From the human T2T-CHM13v2.0 reference genome, Homo sapiens, in NCBI RefSeq assembly GCF_009914755.1, contig NC_060947.1: 64,000 nucleotides of DNA; one strand, 5' to 3'. Shown piece after piece: positions 35,566 to 57,810 of the stretch (position 1 is its first letter; each line of letters begins with the position of its first letter). The notes beneath the pieces are model-generated. The model was not told the origin of the DNA, did not search any database, and saw nothing but the letters and a program-made list of their open reading frames with translations. Both the position numbers and the translations under genes were made by a program.

Positions 35566-36409
35566 TCAGGATCAGGATGGGCCACACAACCATCTGTCCA
35601 AAATACTGCAGAAAGGATTTTTGGCTTTGGCTGGAAATGTCCCTTTTAATTTTAATATTTTCAATTTTGATAATATGCCCAAGATTCTCTTGCTCAATAC
35701 AAGTTCAGCATGGAAATTGTTGGAAAAAAGATACAGTGTATCTAGAATTTAGTTGTGATATTTCCCTAAGGTTTTCAACTCATATCAAAATAATTGTAAT
35801 GTCATCAGAGGTACAAATGTTCATATTTTAGAAGGCACCATACTTCTTGTATTTCAGAGAGAGAAATACAGGTTGCGTATCACCTAGCCGTGGACAGAAA
35901 TCAATCTATTGCTTTTGACTGACCACTGGCAGCTAAGTAAGGGGCACATAAGTTCCTTTTCAATTCTATGGAAAAGCAATAAAAGTTAGCTGTGTTATAA
36001 TTTTAAATCCAAACAGCCAAGTAATTATGCTATCTACAGGAGGCCAAGGTTTTTCACTTGGTAATTTAATTCAGCAAGCAGGGGAGGGGGGAAGGGCAAG
36101 ACTAAAAGGCCAGATATGGCTTTACTGACTTTCTAACCATTCTATGCCAGAGAACATCCAATCTTTTAACTAAGTACAAGTTTTTAAAATATTAATTTGT
36201 GGGCAACACACAGTACATTTAGTACCAAGGCTAGTGTAACAATTTTTTAAATGTAGTCACCTAATTTTGGCATATACTAGGATACTCAATAAATAAATAC
36301 TGATTTGTTGAATGAGTCCAAGGTACTGTCATTCTCTAGTACACACGCACATACACACATGCGCGCACACACTCCCATTGTTCTCAGGCATAAAGTAAAT
36401 AAATGTTTT

Positions 36410-37600
<1,191 letters not shown>

Positions 37601-37609
37601 GGTTCATAG

Positions 37610-38090
<481 letters not shown>

Positions 38091-38920
38091 TGATATTCAT
38101 TTTGTGATCATCCATTGTGCATCTTTCTGTATATGTGTTGTACTTCATGATCTTAAAGTTTTTTAAAAAGCAAAAATACACGCAGAACCTTGCAGATTTA
38201 TTAATATTTCATCCATCCACTGTTTTTCCTTCCCATCCTTAATCACTGCACGTGAGAGCTATGATACTTCTGCAGGAGGCAGGCACTGGTAATCAGAGTG
38301 TTGCTGGGCAAAAAGCTGTAGGCTTTACTTTCATTTTTTATTAAAATTACTTTTACACAGCATGCTTCTTTACTTCTGGAATCTGTTTTCATGTCCCGTC
38401 TCTCAGGGGCCTTTCTTGTTTGCGTGACTGGCTTAAACTTACCAAAGGGCAATGCTATGCTGGAAGGCCAGCCTCTGCCCATCAACCAAGAAATGCACAA
38501 ATCAGTGTTCAAAGTTGGACTGACCAGACGTGTAGGGGTCAGAATTCAATGGCGTGAAGCTACAAAGAAAAAACTTGTACTTCAGGGCCAACAACTTAGA
38601 TACAGACAGTGTTTGGAAACCATAAAGCCAAATACTTCAATCTGCTGCCTGCTTTCTAAAGTTATCAAAGGTTTACACAATTGCCTTGAGTGGCTCCATC
38701 TAATTCCCTCCCATCTAATTGGGAATTAGCTTCTCCTGCAGACACAGATGGCTGACCCAAGTGAAGGGTAGTAACCAGTATAAACAAAAGCCTGAATCAT
38801 TTTCCTGCTGTCGTTTAAATGAGGTGCTATTTATTGGCAAAAGTTCTTTCATGCTCAGGGTTTTTTGTGTTGTGTTGCTTTGTTCTGTACGTTCATCTTC
38901 TTTTGAAATGAACCCCTCCA

Positions 38921-39289
<369 letters not shown>

Positions 39290-39469
39290 CTATAAAGTTT
39301 GGGAGTAAACTTTACAGGCTGATAGAACTCTTATCTGCCACCTACCCCTCTTGATAAGTGCCAGATTTCTTCGATTTGATAATTGAAACGGTATCTTTTT
39401 TCACACAGGATACTGGGGATAATGATTAGGCTCCTGAGCTGTGGAGACAAGGTTGCTTGAAAGAAACCC

Positions 39470-39640
39470 AGCTTCACCACTGAGACTGTGTGGTTCTGTG
39501 CCTCAGTTTCCTCAATAGTAACTGGGAATAAAAACTACCTAATTCAAAGGGCTGTTGGGACACTGGATGCTGCATAAGGTGATTAAAGCACAGCGCCTGG
39601 CACACATTAAACCCCCAATGGTTATCGTCACTATTATTTG
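39470..39640 (-). mobile_element. MIR SINE
   Basis: ctgtgcctcagtttcctca...aaagcacagcgcctggcacac. Confidence 0.75.
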
Positions 39641-39882
39641 TTACCTTTGAGGGTCCTGCCACCTATAAGGACTCTCTCTATATATTTCTAAATTAGGAAA
39701 AACATTCAGATGCAGTTGGAGAGATGGGAGAAGCAGCCTATAAAGTTTGGTCCAAGTTGCCACCAACCCAGGGCAGCAGCATGGGGCCTCCAGGAGAGTC
39801 TGCGGAGGTGGCCACGCCACGACCCTGCCTGGACCCCAGACTCCAGCCGGGAGCTGTGACCTCGGACGCCCTTCCTACTCAC

Positions 39883-39924
39883 GTTGCGGTTGAAGCTGTT
39901 GCCCGGCAGCAGAGGCAGGGCCAT
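39883..39924 (-). CDS. EFHC2: EFHC2 coding exon 1 (42 nt, MALPLLPGNSFNRN)
   Basis: ATG at 39924 in strong Kozak context GCGCCATGG inside a CpG island; GTGAGT donor at 39882-39877; peptide matches the recalled EFHC2 N-terminus and joins exon 2 in phase 0. Confidence 0.95.
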
Positions 39925-40011
39925 GGCGCTCAGTGTCCGAAAATCCAGGGTCCCAGAAGAGAGGGCCCGGCAGGCAGCGGCCGCCTCCCGGCCGTGTTGT
40001 TTGGCCCCCAC

Positions 40012-40024
40012 GTTGCCTGGAGAC
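40012..40024. promoter_or_regulatory. RFX X-box (GTTGCCTGGAGAC)
   Basis: Resembles the RFX palindrome GTTGCCATGGCAAC; ~90 nt upstream of the ATG of a motile-cilia gene. Confidence 0.65.
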
Positions 40025-40496
40025 GGGAAGCGGCGTCACGGAGGGAGGAGGGGCGGGGGGTTGGCGAGAAGGATCGTGGGGGGCGGGGGACACCTCCGCG
40101 GCGCGTACCTCCTCCCCAGCCCCAGTTCCCCTCCACCTGCTTCATCCCCGCACACACTCAGCCAGGTCCTGGTCTCCTGAGGAGTCTTCTCTCTGCACAC
40201 GCAGTGTGCACACACAAAGATTGACTATTCCCTGCCCCCGCCGCTTTCTGGTTTAACACCCTTATAGAACTCAAAGCCTTTCTTGTACTTTCTTGCTTTT
40301 CCAATTCTTGTCGCCAACAGTTTTTTGCTATGTGGTTCAAACACACAGCAAAGTACAGAAAGTAATATGACGCCCGTGTGCTCACTGAGATGTTACACAA
40401 GTCGATATTTTCCTATGTTGCATAGACATCAGCTTTTATTTTGTAATTAAAACGTTCAAGATGAATCTAAAGCCACATATACCCTGACGAAAACGC

Positions 40497-40510
40497 GTTG
40501 TAATGGTAAC
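40497..40510. promoter_or_regulatory. second X-box-like motif (GTTGTAATGGTAAC)
   Basis: 14-bp near-palindrome, 2 mismatches to GTTRCCATGGYAAC. Confidence 0.4.
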
Positions 40511-40546
40511 CACCGCCTTCAGTTTTTCTTCTGGATATTTTTATAT

Positions 40547-40691
40547 TTGTTGTTTGTTTGTTTGTTTGTTGTTTTAAGACAAGGTCTCACTATGTTGCCC
40601 AGGCCGATCTCGAACTCCTGGGCTCAAGCAGCCCTCCCGCCTCTGCCTCCCAAAGTGCTGGGATTACAGGTATGAGCCACCGTGTCCGGCC
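40547..40691 (-). mobile_element. Alu left monomer (FLAM)
   Basis: (TTTG)n tail plus single arm. Confidence 0.85.
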
Positions 40692-40724
40692 CATTTTTGT
40701 ATTTGAACTAAACGTTTGTAAGGC

Positions 40725-40750
40725 CCAATCAGGGGTGGCCGGGGCGGAGT
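40725..40750 (+). promoter_or_regulatory. CCAAT box plus Sp1 GC box module
   Basis: CCAATCAG at 40725 followed by GGGGCGGAGT at 40741. Confidence 0.45.
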
Positions 40751-41601
40751 CAGGTGTCACAAATCGCAACCCCTGTCACTCCATCGTTCACCCCAAGATA
40801 GCCGGGCCAGGAACCTCCTCTCCCGACACCTACGTCTAATCCCTCCCTGAAGCCCTAAAGGTTGGACTCGATGCTCTCTCTCAGTCACCACCTCGTCTAT
40901 TTCAGCTGCGATCCCATTGTTTCTTGCCTGGTTTTCTTCTTTAAAAAGAAAAACAAACACACACAAAAAACTAACTGATCTTGCCTCCAGAGCCGTCGTT
41001 TTTATAATTCATGGTGCAGCTGTTACTCTTCTGCTTCAATAATCTAGCCTTCCCGCCGCCTTCAGAAGGTGGTGAAACTCCTTATAGCCTGGTCTGAGGA
41101 GCTTTTGTCAGAGGGCACCTACCAATGCCCTCCATCCCTTTCTTTGCCCCCTCCTCCATCTACTCCAGCTCTGAGAAACCACTGGCAGTTTCTAAATCAG
41201 GCTCTGCGGTTTCTCCTCTTGGGGCTTTTGCAAATAACACTATCGTCTAGAAACACCCTTCCTTCCTATCTTTCACATAAGTAACCCCTTCTTGTCTTTC
41301 AGGACTTGAGGCCAGCGTGGGAGTGGGGCATAGAAGGTATTGCCATTTCTTCAATATATTCTTTCACCTTCTTCCTGCCGCCTCCATCTGTATTTGGTGT
41401 CTATTCTGATCGTGGCTTTCATCCTACTACATTGTAATTACCTGTTTACTTGACATTTCTTTAAATGCCCCCAAATACCTCCAGGGCAGGGACTGTATCT
41501 CCTTTTTTATTCATCAACAATATCCATTATTGCTTCTGTGTTTATAAATTTTACACTCTAAATTTCTGCTACTTGCTTTTTTTGCCTGATTCTGTTATTG
41601 A

Positions 41602-41916
<315 letters not shown>

Positions 41917-42584
41917 TCATTAATTTTAAACGCATTGTATGATTATACCACAAATTGTTTAACTATCTGCTCTCATCTGTTGATGACAATTAGATTGTTT
42001 CCAATTTTCCACTAGTTACCAACAATGCTGCAGTGAGCGACTCTGCCTGTTCCTTTGGCAATGATCTAGGGCACATACTGAAAGATGGAATTACGTACAT
42101 ATCTGAGTGCATGGCTTCATCTTTACTAGATTTTGCTAGATGATCTACAGACAGATAAACCAATTAAGAAAGTCCCCTTCCCCGTTCATCCTTTCAACAA
42201 TAGGTATTACCAAATTATATAATTTTGGATAATCATCTGAATAAGTGTGAATGGTATACTATTGTTATTTTAATTTGTTTCTCCCTAATTCTCCCTAAGC
42301 AGTTGGTCATGTTTTCCCATGGTTGTTACTTTCTCCTGTGACTCAGCTATTCATATCCTTTGCAGATTTTTCTCTTCGGTCATTTGTAGTTTTTTTTTTT
42401 TTAGATAGATAGATAGATATAGAGATATTCTGGATACTAATCCGAGGCATAGCAAATATTTTCTCATTGTCGTTTGTCTTTTAACTCCACTTATATAGAG
42501 TTCTTTATTGTACATAAATTTGTTACTTTACTCAAATATATCATTCTTTCAGTTATGGTTGGTGGGTTTTTTGATTTATTCTAC

Positions 42585-42963
<379 letters not shown>

Positions 42964-43249
42964 TAAAATTCCCTGTTGCTTTTTAAATTGAAATAATTTC
43001 AAGCTAGTAAAAAGTTGCAAGAACAGTCCAAATAACTCTCATTTATCCTTTCCTCAGATTCCCCAATTGTTTTATATTTTACCACATTCATTTTGTCATT
43101 CTCCCCATATATATCTTTTACATTTTACAGTTAAGTTGCAGATATCATGCCCCTTGACTCCTAAATACTTCAGTGTGTATTTCCTAAGAATAAGGACAGT
43201 CTCTTATATAACTGAAGTGCAATAATCAAAATCAGAAATTTAATATTAA

Positions 43250-43514
<265 letters not shown>

Positions 43515-43537
43515 TATAATACTATTTTCTAATCTAA

Positions 43538-43879
<342 letters not shown>

Positions 43880-44054
43880 TAGCAAAAAGAAAAATAATTT
43901 GTTTTGACCCAGAATCTGATGCAACAACACACATGGTGTTTGATTGTCATGTCTCGTGGTTGTCATGTCTCTTTATTCTCCTTTAATTGGGAACAGTTCT
44001 TCCATCTTTCTTCGTCTTTTGTGACCTTGATATTTTTGAAAAGGATAGGCCATG

Positions 44055-44453
<399 letters not shown>

Positions 44454-44778
44454 TTATGGCTTTTGGACAAGAACGCCACAGGAGGACTGTTGTGTCCTTC
44501 TAGTTCATCAAAGGAACAGGCACATAATGTGCTTTTACCATCAATGATGAGGTTCTCTTTGATCACTGGGCTAAGGTGAAATGTGCCAAGTTTCTGTCTA
44601 CAGATAGAAAGATGAAGATATAGATATACAGAGAAAAAGATATATTAAAAGTCATAAGTTTATGCTCATACCTCCAATTCCAATCAACATAATAGTGTCC
44701 CTGCTGGTATTCCCCTTTCTGCACTGGTGACGCTCTGCTCAAGCTGTAAGAAATCTCATTCCCATTATCCTCAAAATA

Positions 44779-45066
44779 TAGTTGGCCTTTGAACAACACG
44801 GGTTTGAACTGCATTGGTCCACTTATACACAGACTTTTAAAATTATTCGTGGGGCAGACAGCCCTTTCTCTGCTGTGCTGACTGTTGCAACTTTGCCATG
44901 TAAAAATAAAATAAAATATTGGTGGGAAGCAAAACCCACATATACAGAGGGCTGACTTTTGTATACATAGGTTCTCCAAGGCCAACCATGGCACTTGAGT
45001 GTTCAAGGATTTTGGTATATTCGGAGGTGCTGGAACCAATCCCCCGTGTATACTGAGGGACAACTG
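44779..45066. mobile_element. MER8-like (Tigger2-derived) MITE
   Basis: agttggcctttgaacaacacgggtttgaactgc...gagggacaactg, flanked by TA. Confidence 0.8.
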
Positions 45067-45263
45067 TATTTACTTATTTGCTCTATACTACAAGACCCTG
45101 AAAGCAGCCTCAGAACACCTAACTCATGTCTTTGTAAAACAAGAGACAAACCTAGTAACTAGAGTTCAATATTTGCTTGCAGTGTTTTTCTTTGGTCTTA
45201 ATGTACACAGTCAAAATATTAGGCTCAAAAATTACTTAGGCTTTTGCCCCCCTCCCTGTTTAG

Positions 45264-45628
<365 letters not shown>

Positions 45629-45871
45629 CTATTTCTTCTTTGTCTTGTTTTGTATAAATATGTTTCTCCCTTTAGTAGTTTGATTAATTTAGCTAGTGGT
45701 TTACATATTTTCTTACTTTTTTCAAAGAACCACAATTTTTATTTATTAATTTGACCCACTGCTTTCTATTCTTAACCTTTACTATTTTTCTGCTTTTACT
45801 TTTATTGTTTTCTTCCTTGTGCTTTCTTTTGACTCATTTGTTATTCTTTTTTTCACTTTTTAAGCTGATAT

Positions 45872-46677
<806 letters not shown>

Positions 46678-46888
46678 ATATAATTCACTCATTTTCATCC
46701 TTTTTTTTATTGATATAAGTGTTTACGGCTATAAATTTTCATATCATCTCTACTTTAAAAGTATCCAATATCCTGATATGTAGTGTTTTCATTACTTGCT
46801 TTTTGTTGTTGTTGTTGATTTGTTTGCTTTTTAGATATTCTGTGATTTTGGCTTGTATTTTCCCTTTCACCCAAGAGTTGTTTAATAG

Positions 46889-47335
<447 letters not shown>

Positions 47336-50300
47336 TGATGCTTTATTTGTGATCTAATATTTGATCAATTTTTGTAACTATCGCATATGCAGTTGAGAGG
47401 GAAGGTGTATTCTCTATTATTAGATTCTACAGTTCAGTATAGATCAATAAATCTATTTTATTGACTATGCTGTTAACTTTATATCCTTACTTATATTTCT
47501 ACCACTTGATCTGTTTTGCTCTGAGTGGTGTATTATACTCTCCTACTAGCCAAGTGTTTCTATCTGTATCTCCTTTCAGCTGTAGTTTCTGCATTTTAAA
47601 GATGGCTATTTGGTGCACAGATTTTCATAACTGTTAAACCTACCTTGTGAAACTGACTTTTTTTTGGTCACATTTAATTATTTGTTGGCCTAAATTCTAC
47701 TTCGATATCAGGATCTCAGCCCCCACTTACTTGTTATTTCCATTTGCCTGGTACTTTTTTGTCCATGCCTTTGTTCTTAGCCCATCTGAATTATTTTGAT
47801 TTAGATGTATCTCCCATACACAACATGTAGTTGGGTCTTGCTTTATGAGCCACATTGAAGATATTTTTGTTTTAGTAAGTGAGTTAAGCCCATTCACATT
47901 TGTTGATAAGATTCATATTTGTGGTCTCAACTTCAATATATTATTTTATATTGTAATCACCATGTATATTATGTATATCTACTGTTTCTCTTTCTTCATG
48001 CTGTTGTTGTCTTTGCTATTATAATTTATAAATATCTTTGAATATTTAGGAAGGCTTGTATTTTTGTTCTAGTGTTTGCCTTTGTACTTACAACATTTTT
48101 AAGAGATAGGGTACACACATCTTCAATTTTACCAAGTAATATTAAACTCCTTTTAAAGTGAACATAGCTGATACATTAAAATGTTAATTTCAATAAATTT
48201 AATTTTATTTCTCTAAATCTCATTTGTTCTTTTTAAATCTATATGTTCTTTCTTTTAAATAGAGTCTTACTCTTATAATTTCCCTTGCTAATTTTATTTC
48301 TTTAATCATTTTAAACATACTTAGCAGAGTCCTTAACCAACAATTCTGATCTCTTATGTTCATGGGGTGCCACTTACCCTGCTTCCTGTGTTGGCTGACT
48401 CTCCTTCATGGTGGATTGTTTCCTTATGTGTTTATAAATGTTTATGGTGATCCCACCTATGTGGCAACTCATCAAGGTGGGACTGGCACCTTCTGATTCC
48501 AAGTGGAGTGTTCTCTTTAATATGCCACAGCTCACATATGCTGACCACTGCTCCATCACAGCCACAATCTACACAGAGAAGGCCTCTGCCTTTCACAGTG
48601 AGGATATTTTACAAAGCAAAAAGCAGTTCTGATAAGAATTATTTTCTTAAGGAGTAATAAAGGAAAATATCTTAAATTAGGGCTGTTGGAAAAGTCTAGG
48701 ACCTAAGGCTACCATACACATCCATCTACTACCTGCATGTTCATACTTGCCACTTCCTTTGGGGACAATGATATCTTTATCATTTTGTACCTATTTAGAT
48801 ACTCGCCACATAATGTCTGCTCTCCCATACACACACACAGAGTTTTAGAATAATTGATTCCATAGTTTCTCATTTAACAAATATTTATTGAACTTCTACT
48901 CTGATGTGCCAGAACCTCTTCCAAACACTGGGACAAATCAGTGATTAGGACAGAGTGAACACTTCCAAACACCCGAGATCTGAGATTCTCAGTCTTTTAT
49001 AAGTTGTAATATCTTGCTTCGTTTCCCTTCTGTGACACATATCTTCCCATACTGCCTCTCATGACACGTCTACCACAAAGGAACATCTGAAATGGTATAT
49101 AGCTCTTTTTAAAATAAATTTAAAGTAAACTAATTCTGGGAATTACAAGACACCCCCTGAAATAACCGAAGACACCTTGGGACATGTCAAGACCAGCACT
49201 GGGAAGCACTGTTCTTGATGTTCAAAGAGCCTGTGTTACACACCCATGGATGAAGAAAGCGCAGGGGAGGCCAACAGAACTAACACTTCTAAGCAAGCTC
49301 AAACTGGCCTAAGAGCAAGGAAATATTTGCCCGGTTGGAGAATTTCTTCTGCGGAATGAGGTCATCTTGTAATCTGGAGCCTTTCTACAAGATGCAAGAG
49401 CCCTTGGCAGCAGGAAGGAGTGCCTTTGATGGTATTTCTGCACAAACTTCCTTTTCTCCTCCAGCGAAGCCTTGTCTGTCAATTCTCCCTTCTCTTGATA
49501 TCTTCAGAAATATCACTGCCCCATTCCTCTCAGCTCCTGAAAGCTAGCACTCTTCTTCATTATTTTGTGCTTCCTTGGTTATATCCACATGTCAAGTCCT
49601 CATCCTGAGCGCTTAAAGAAGAATTAGCACCAATCCTTTACAAATGCTTTAGAAAATAGAAGAGAAGGGAACACTTCCTAACTCATTCTATGAGGCCAGT
49701 GTTACCCTGACACCAAAACCAGACAAAGATATTACAAGAAAAGAAAACTATAGACCAACATCTTTTATGAATAGAGACACAGAAATCCTCAAAAAAATAC
49801 TGGCAAACCAAATCCAGCAACCTATAAAAAGGATTATAAACCATGACCAAGTGGGATTTATTCCAAGGATGCAAAGTCCGTTTAGCATCTGAAAATCAAT
49901 CAATGTAAGTTACCATATTAACAGAATAAAGGACAAAAACCATATGATTATCTCAATAGACACAGAAAAAGTACTAGACAAAATACAATGTCATTTTTCA
50001 ATAAAAACACTCAACAAACCAGGAATAGAAGGAATTTCCTCAATCTGATAAAAGCAGTTTATGAAAACTCACAACTAACACCACACTTAATAGTGAAATA
50101 CTGCATGCTTATACCCTAAGGTCAGGAACAAGAGTAAGATGTTCCTTCTCACCACTTCAGTTCAACTTGTACTGGAGGTTTTAGCCAAGGCAATTAAGCT
50201 AAAACAAAATAAAAGGCATCCAGATCAGAAATGAAAAAGTAATCTCTATTCACAGAAGACATAGTCTTGTATATAGAAAATCTTAAGGAATTTACACACA

Positions 50301-50535
50301 AACAATTGAAAATAACACATTTAGTAAAGTTGTAGAATACATCAATATTCAAAACTCAATTGTATGTCTATGTACTAACAAACAATTCAAAAATGAAACA
50401 AGAAAACTATTGCAATTACAATAGCATCAAAAAGAATAAAATACAGATGAATATATTTAACAAAAGAAGTACAAGACTTGAACTAAAAACTGTAAAACAT
50501 CATTGAAAGAAATTAAAGAAGACCTAAATAAATAG

Positions 50536-50896
<361 letters not shown>

Positions 50897-51065
50897 TAAG
50901 ATGGCAATAGCCCCCAAATTGACCTACGCATTGATTGCAATCCCTACCAAAATCTCAGCTGCCCATTTTTGCAGAAATGGACAAGGTAATCCTAAAATTT
51001 ATGTAGTAATACATAATCCTAAAATTTATGTTGTAATACAAGTAATACAAAAGAAGCAGAAACTG

Positions 51066-51210
51066 GCCGGGCACGGTGGCTCACACCTGTAATCCCAGCA
51101 CTTTGGGAGGCCGAGGAGGGTGGATCACCTGACGTCAGGAGATCGTGCCATTGCACTCCAGCCCGGGCAACAAGAGTGAAACTCTGTCTCAAAAAAAGTA
51201 AAAAATAAAA
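51066..51210 (+). mobile_element. Alu with arm-to-arm internal deletion
   Basis: Left arm joins right arm at gagatcg. Confidence 0.88.
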
Positions 51211-51892
51211 AAAGAAGCAAAAACCATCTTAAAAAATAATAAAGTTAGAGGACTCACACTTCCTGATTTCAAAATTTACTACAAAACTACAGTAATGATG
51301 ACAATGTGATCCTGGTAAGGACACATATATAGATCAAAGGAATAGAATTGCAAGTCCAGAAATAAACTCTTACATTTACTGTCAATTGATTTTTGACAAG
51401 AATGCTAAGACAAATCAATGGGGGAAAGCACAGTCTTTTCAACAAATGATAGGACAACTGGATATCCACATGCAAAAGAAGGGAATTGTACACCTGCCAT
51501 ACACCAAGACATGGATATCTCACTATATACAATAATTAGGTTGAAATGGACCAGAGACCTAAATGTCAGAGCAAAAACTACAAAACTCTTAAAAGAAAAC
51601 ATAGGAGTAAATTTTTTTTTGAACTTGGTTTAGGCAATGATTTTTTATATATGACACCAAAAGCGCTAACAGCAAAAGAAAAACAGATACATTAAACTTC
51701 ATCAAAATTTAAAACTTTTGTGCTTCAGAGGAAATCATCAACAAAGTAAAAGGGCAACTCAGAACATGGGAGAAAATGTTTACAAATCATCTATCTAATA
51801 AGCAACTGAGTTGTATCTAGAATCTATATGTGAAAAAACTCTTACAATTCAAGAACAACTACAAAAAGAAAAACAATAAATAACCCAATTTA

Positions 51893-52644
<752 letters not shown>

Positions 52645-52979
52645 TCAATCAGTTGATGAATGGATAAGCAAAGTGAGGGATATGCATACAATAGAGCATT
52701 ATCCAGCCATAAGATGAAATGAATTAACTGACACGTGCTACACTGTGGATGAATCTTAAAAACATGATGCTAAGTGAAAGAAGGTAGATGTAAAAGGCCC
52801 ATATGATAGGACTCCTTTATATGAAATATTCAGAATAGAGACAGAAAGTAGATTCGTGGTTGGCAGGGGCTGGGGAGAATGAGAAGTGACTGCTAAAGAG
52901 CTTCTTTTAGGGGTGATGTAAATGTTCTGGAGTAGATGGTGAACAACGTACAACTTTGTGAACATACTAAATCCACTGA

Positions 52980-53362
<383 letters not shown>

Positions 53363-53778
53363 AACATTTTTACTTAATTAAAATTAAGTAAAATTAAAAA
53401 TCTATTCCTTTGGTTGCACTAGTCATGTTTCAAAGCCTCAATAGTACATATGGCTAGTAGCTACCACTGCACTGGACAGCACAGATAAGGAATATTTTGA
53501 TTATTACAGAAAATTTTATTGGACATTGCTGGTCTAGATCTCACTACTGGATGCCAGAGATTTCAAAAACATATTAACCAGGTGCAACGTAAGAGCCTTA
53601 TTTGAATTTCTATTTTAACAAACAGTAAAATAAAGTTGAGAAAACTGGGAGAATTTGAATACTGACTGATAGTTGATTATATTAAGGAATTACTGTTAAC
53701 GATTTTAGGCGTGACAATAATATTGTGGTTATTGTTTCTAAAAGTACTAATCTTTTAGAGATAAATACTAAAATACTA

Positions 53779-54162
<384 letters not shown>

Positions 54163-54214
54163 CTAGAATTCAGGAGAACAGAGAAAATAGATATAACAAA
54201 ATTGGCCATGAGTC

Positions 54215-55712
<1,498 letters not shown>

Positions 55713-55716
55713 AACA

Positions 55717-56010
55717 GGCTGGGTGTGGTGGCTCATGCCTATAATCCCAGCACTCCTAGAGGCTGAGGCAGAATGATTACTTGAGGCCAGGAGTTTGAGA
55801 CCAGCCTGGGCAACACAGCAAGACCCCTGGTCTCTACAAATATTTAAAAATTAGCCGGGCTAACGGTGCACACCTATAGTCCTAGCTACTCAGGAGGCTG
55901 AGTCAGGAGGATCCCTTGAGCCTAGGAGTTCAAGGTTACAGTGAGTTATGATAATTTCACTGTACTCCTGCCTAGGCAACAGAGCAAGACCCTGCCTCTT
56001 AAATAAATAA
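55717..56010 (+). mobile_element. Alu (J-like)
   Basis: Diverged dimer. Confidence 0.9.
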
Positions 56011-56123
56011 ATAGATAAAACTGACCATGAACCAAAAATTGCTGTATTCCGATGATGGGAATCTAGGGGATTATTATGCTCTTCTCTCTGTCTTTGAAAA
56101 TATTTGAAATCTTTAAATGATAA

Positions 56124-56173
56124 ATATAACATAATATAATATAATATAATATAATATAATATAATATAATATA
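56124..56173. repeat. (ATAAT)n microsatellite
   Basis: Seen directly. Confidence 0.9.
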
Positions 56174-57350
56174 AACACATAGAGGCAGCCAATACTTACT
56201 TATATCTAATTGACTATTACCACATGGAAACACAGTAAGGTCAGATTTTCTAATGTTTTAAGAGAATTCTGAAATCCAGATTCTAATGTAAAATCTTTGG
56301 TGTTTACTGATCCATTTGTTTAATCATAGGGCACAAAAAAATTACATCTGGAGCTTGAATTCAGCACACAGCTCCCATTTTGCAATGTCCAATTTAGAAT
56401 AATTGATGGAATTAAATGGATTCTGAGGTCATCCATCATAAAAGTAATTTATCTTGAGCATATGTCTAACATTGCATATTTTATTTTTAAAATTATGATC
56501 TGTTTCCAAAAAGTGCAAAGAATAATAAAACAATCACTCATGTACCAGCTATGAAGCCTTAACAAATCTTAATATTTTACCATATTTACTTCAAAAAGAA
56601 ATAAAATATTATGAATACCATTAATGCCCTCTTTGTGCCTCTCCTTGATTCCTTTCCCTCTGCCTCTCTAAATAACACTCTCCTGAAGTTTGTGTCCATC
56701 TTTCCCAACCAAATTTATAGAATTTCACGGAAGTTGTCATGTATCCAAAAAGCAATAAATGTGTTGTTTTCCTTTTTCTAGACGTTAAATAGAGGCTTCA
56801 TTCCATCAAAAAAATCAATTGCATTTATATCTACCAACAACAAACAGCTAGAAAACTAATTTTTAAAAAGACTATTAAGAATAATATTAAAAAGTGACAT
56901 GGATCTAGGAAAAAATCTAGCAAAAGATGGGCAAGACATTTAGGGAGAAAATCATAAACTATATTGAAAGGTATTAAAGAAGACCTAAATAAATGGATAA
57001 ATAACATTTATGGGTTGAAAGGCTCAAAATCATGAAGATATCAATTCTCCTCAACGTTATTCCAGTCACAATCCTAAAAGAAACATGACGTAGAGAGGAA
57101 AAAAGTCAAGTTGCAGAAGACAACATACAGAATGATTCACTTCTATAAATCTCAAAAACATGCAAAAGCAAATGATATATTGTTTAGCTACACAAACATA
57201 TATGCAAACTATAAAGAAAAGCAAGAAAATGATAAAAGGAAATAAATGATACAGGTTACATTTGAGGGGAAAGGGAATAGAAATTTAAAGGTAATGATAA
57301 TATTCTATTCCTTAAACATGGTGGTATGAACGTGGGTGATCATTGTATAA

Positions 57351-57713
<363 letters not shown>

Positions 57714-57725
57714 AAATAAAACCAA

Positions 57726-57810
57726 TTTTTTTTTATTATTATACTTTAAGTTCTAGGGTACATGTGTAGAATGTGCAGGCTTGTTACATAGGTAAACATG
57801 TGCCATGTTG
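57726..57810 (-). mobile_element. Very short L1PA 3' end
   Basis: ttattatactttaagttctagggtacatgtg...tgccatgttg, same TSD as the adjacent Alu. Confidence 0.9.

Larger units (their letters stand above)
39790..40160 (-). promoter_or_regulatory. EFHC2: EFHC2 CpG-island promoter and 5' UTR
   Basis: GC/CpG-rich block around exon 1; GC boxes GGGGCGGGG at ~40049 and ~40080; CRE half-site CGTCAC at 40034-40039. Confidence 0.85.

Noticed and set aside
39724-40256. Several 100-166-aa ORFs over the promoter
   Set aside because: Expected in a stop-poor CpG island; low-complexity translations with no recognisable domain
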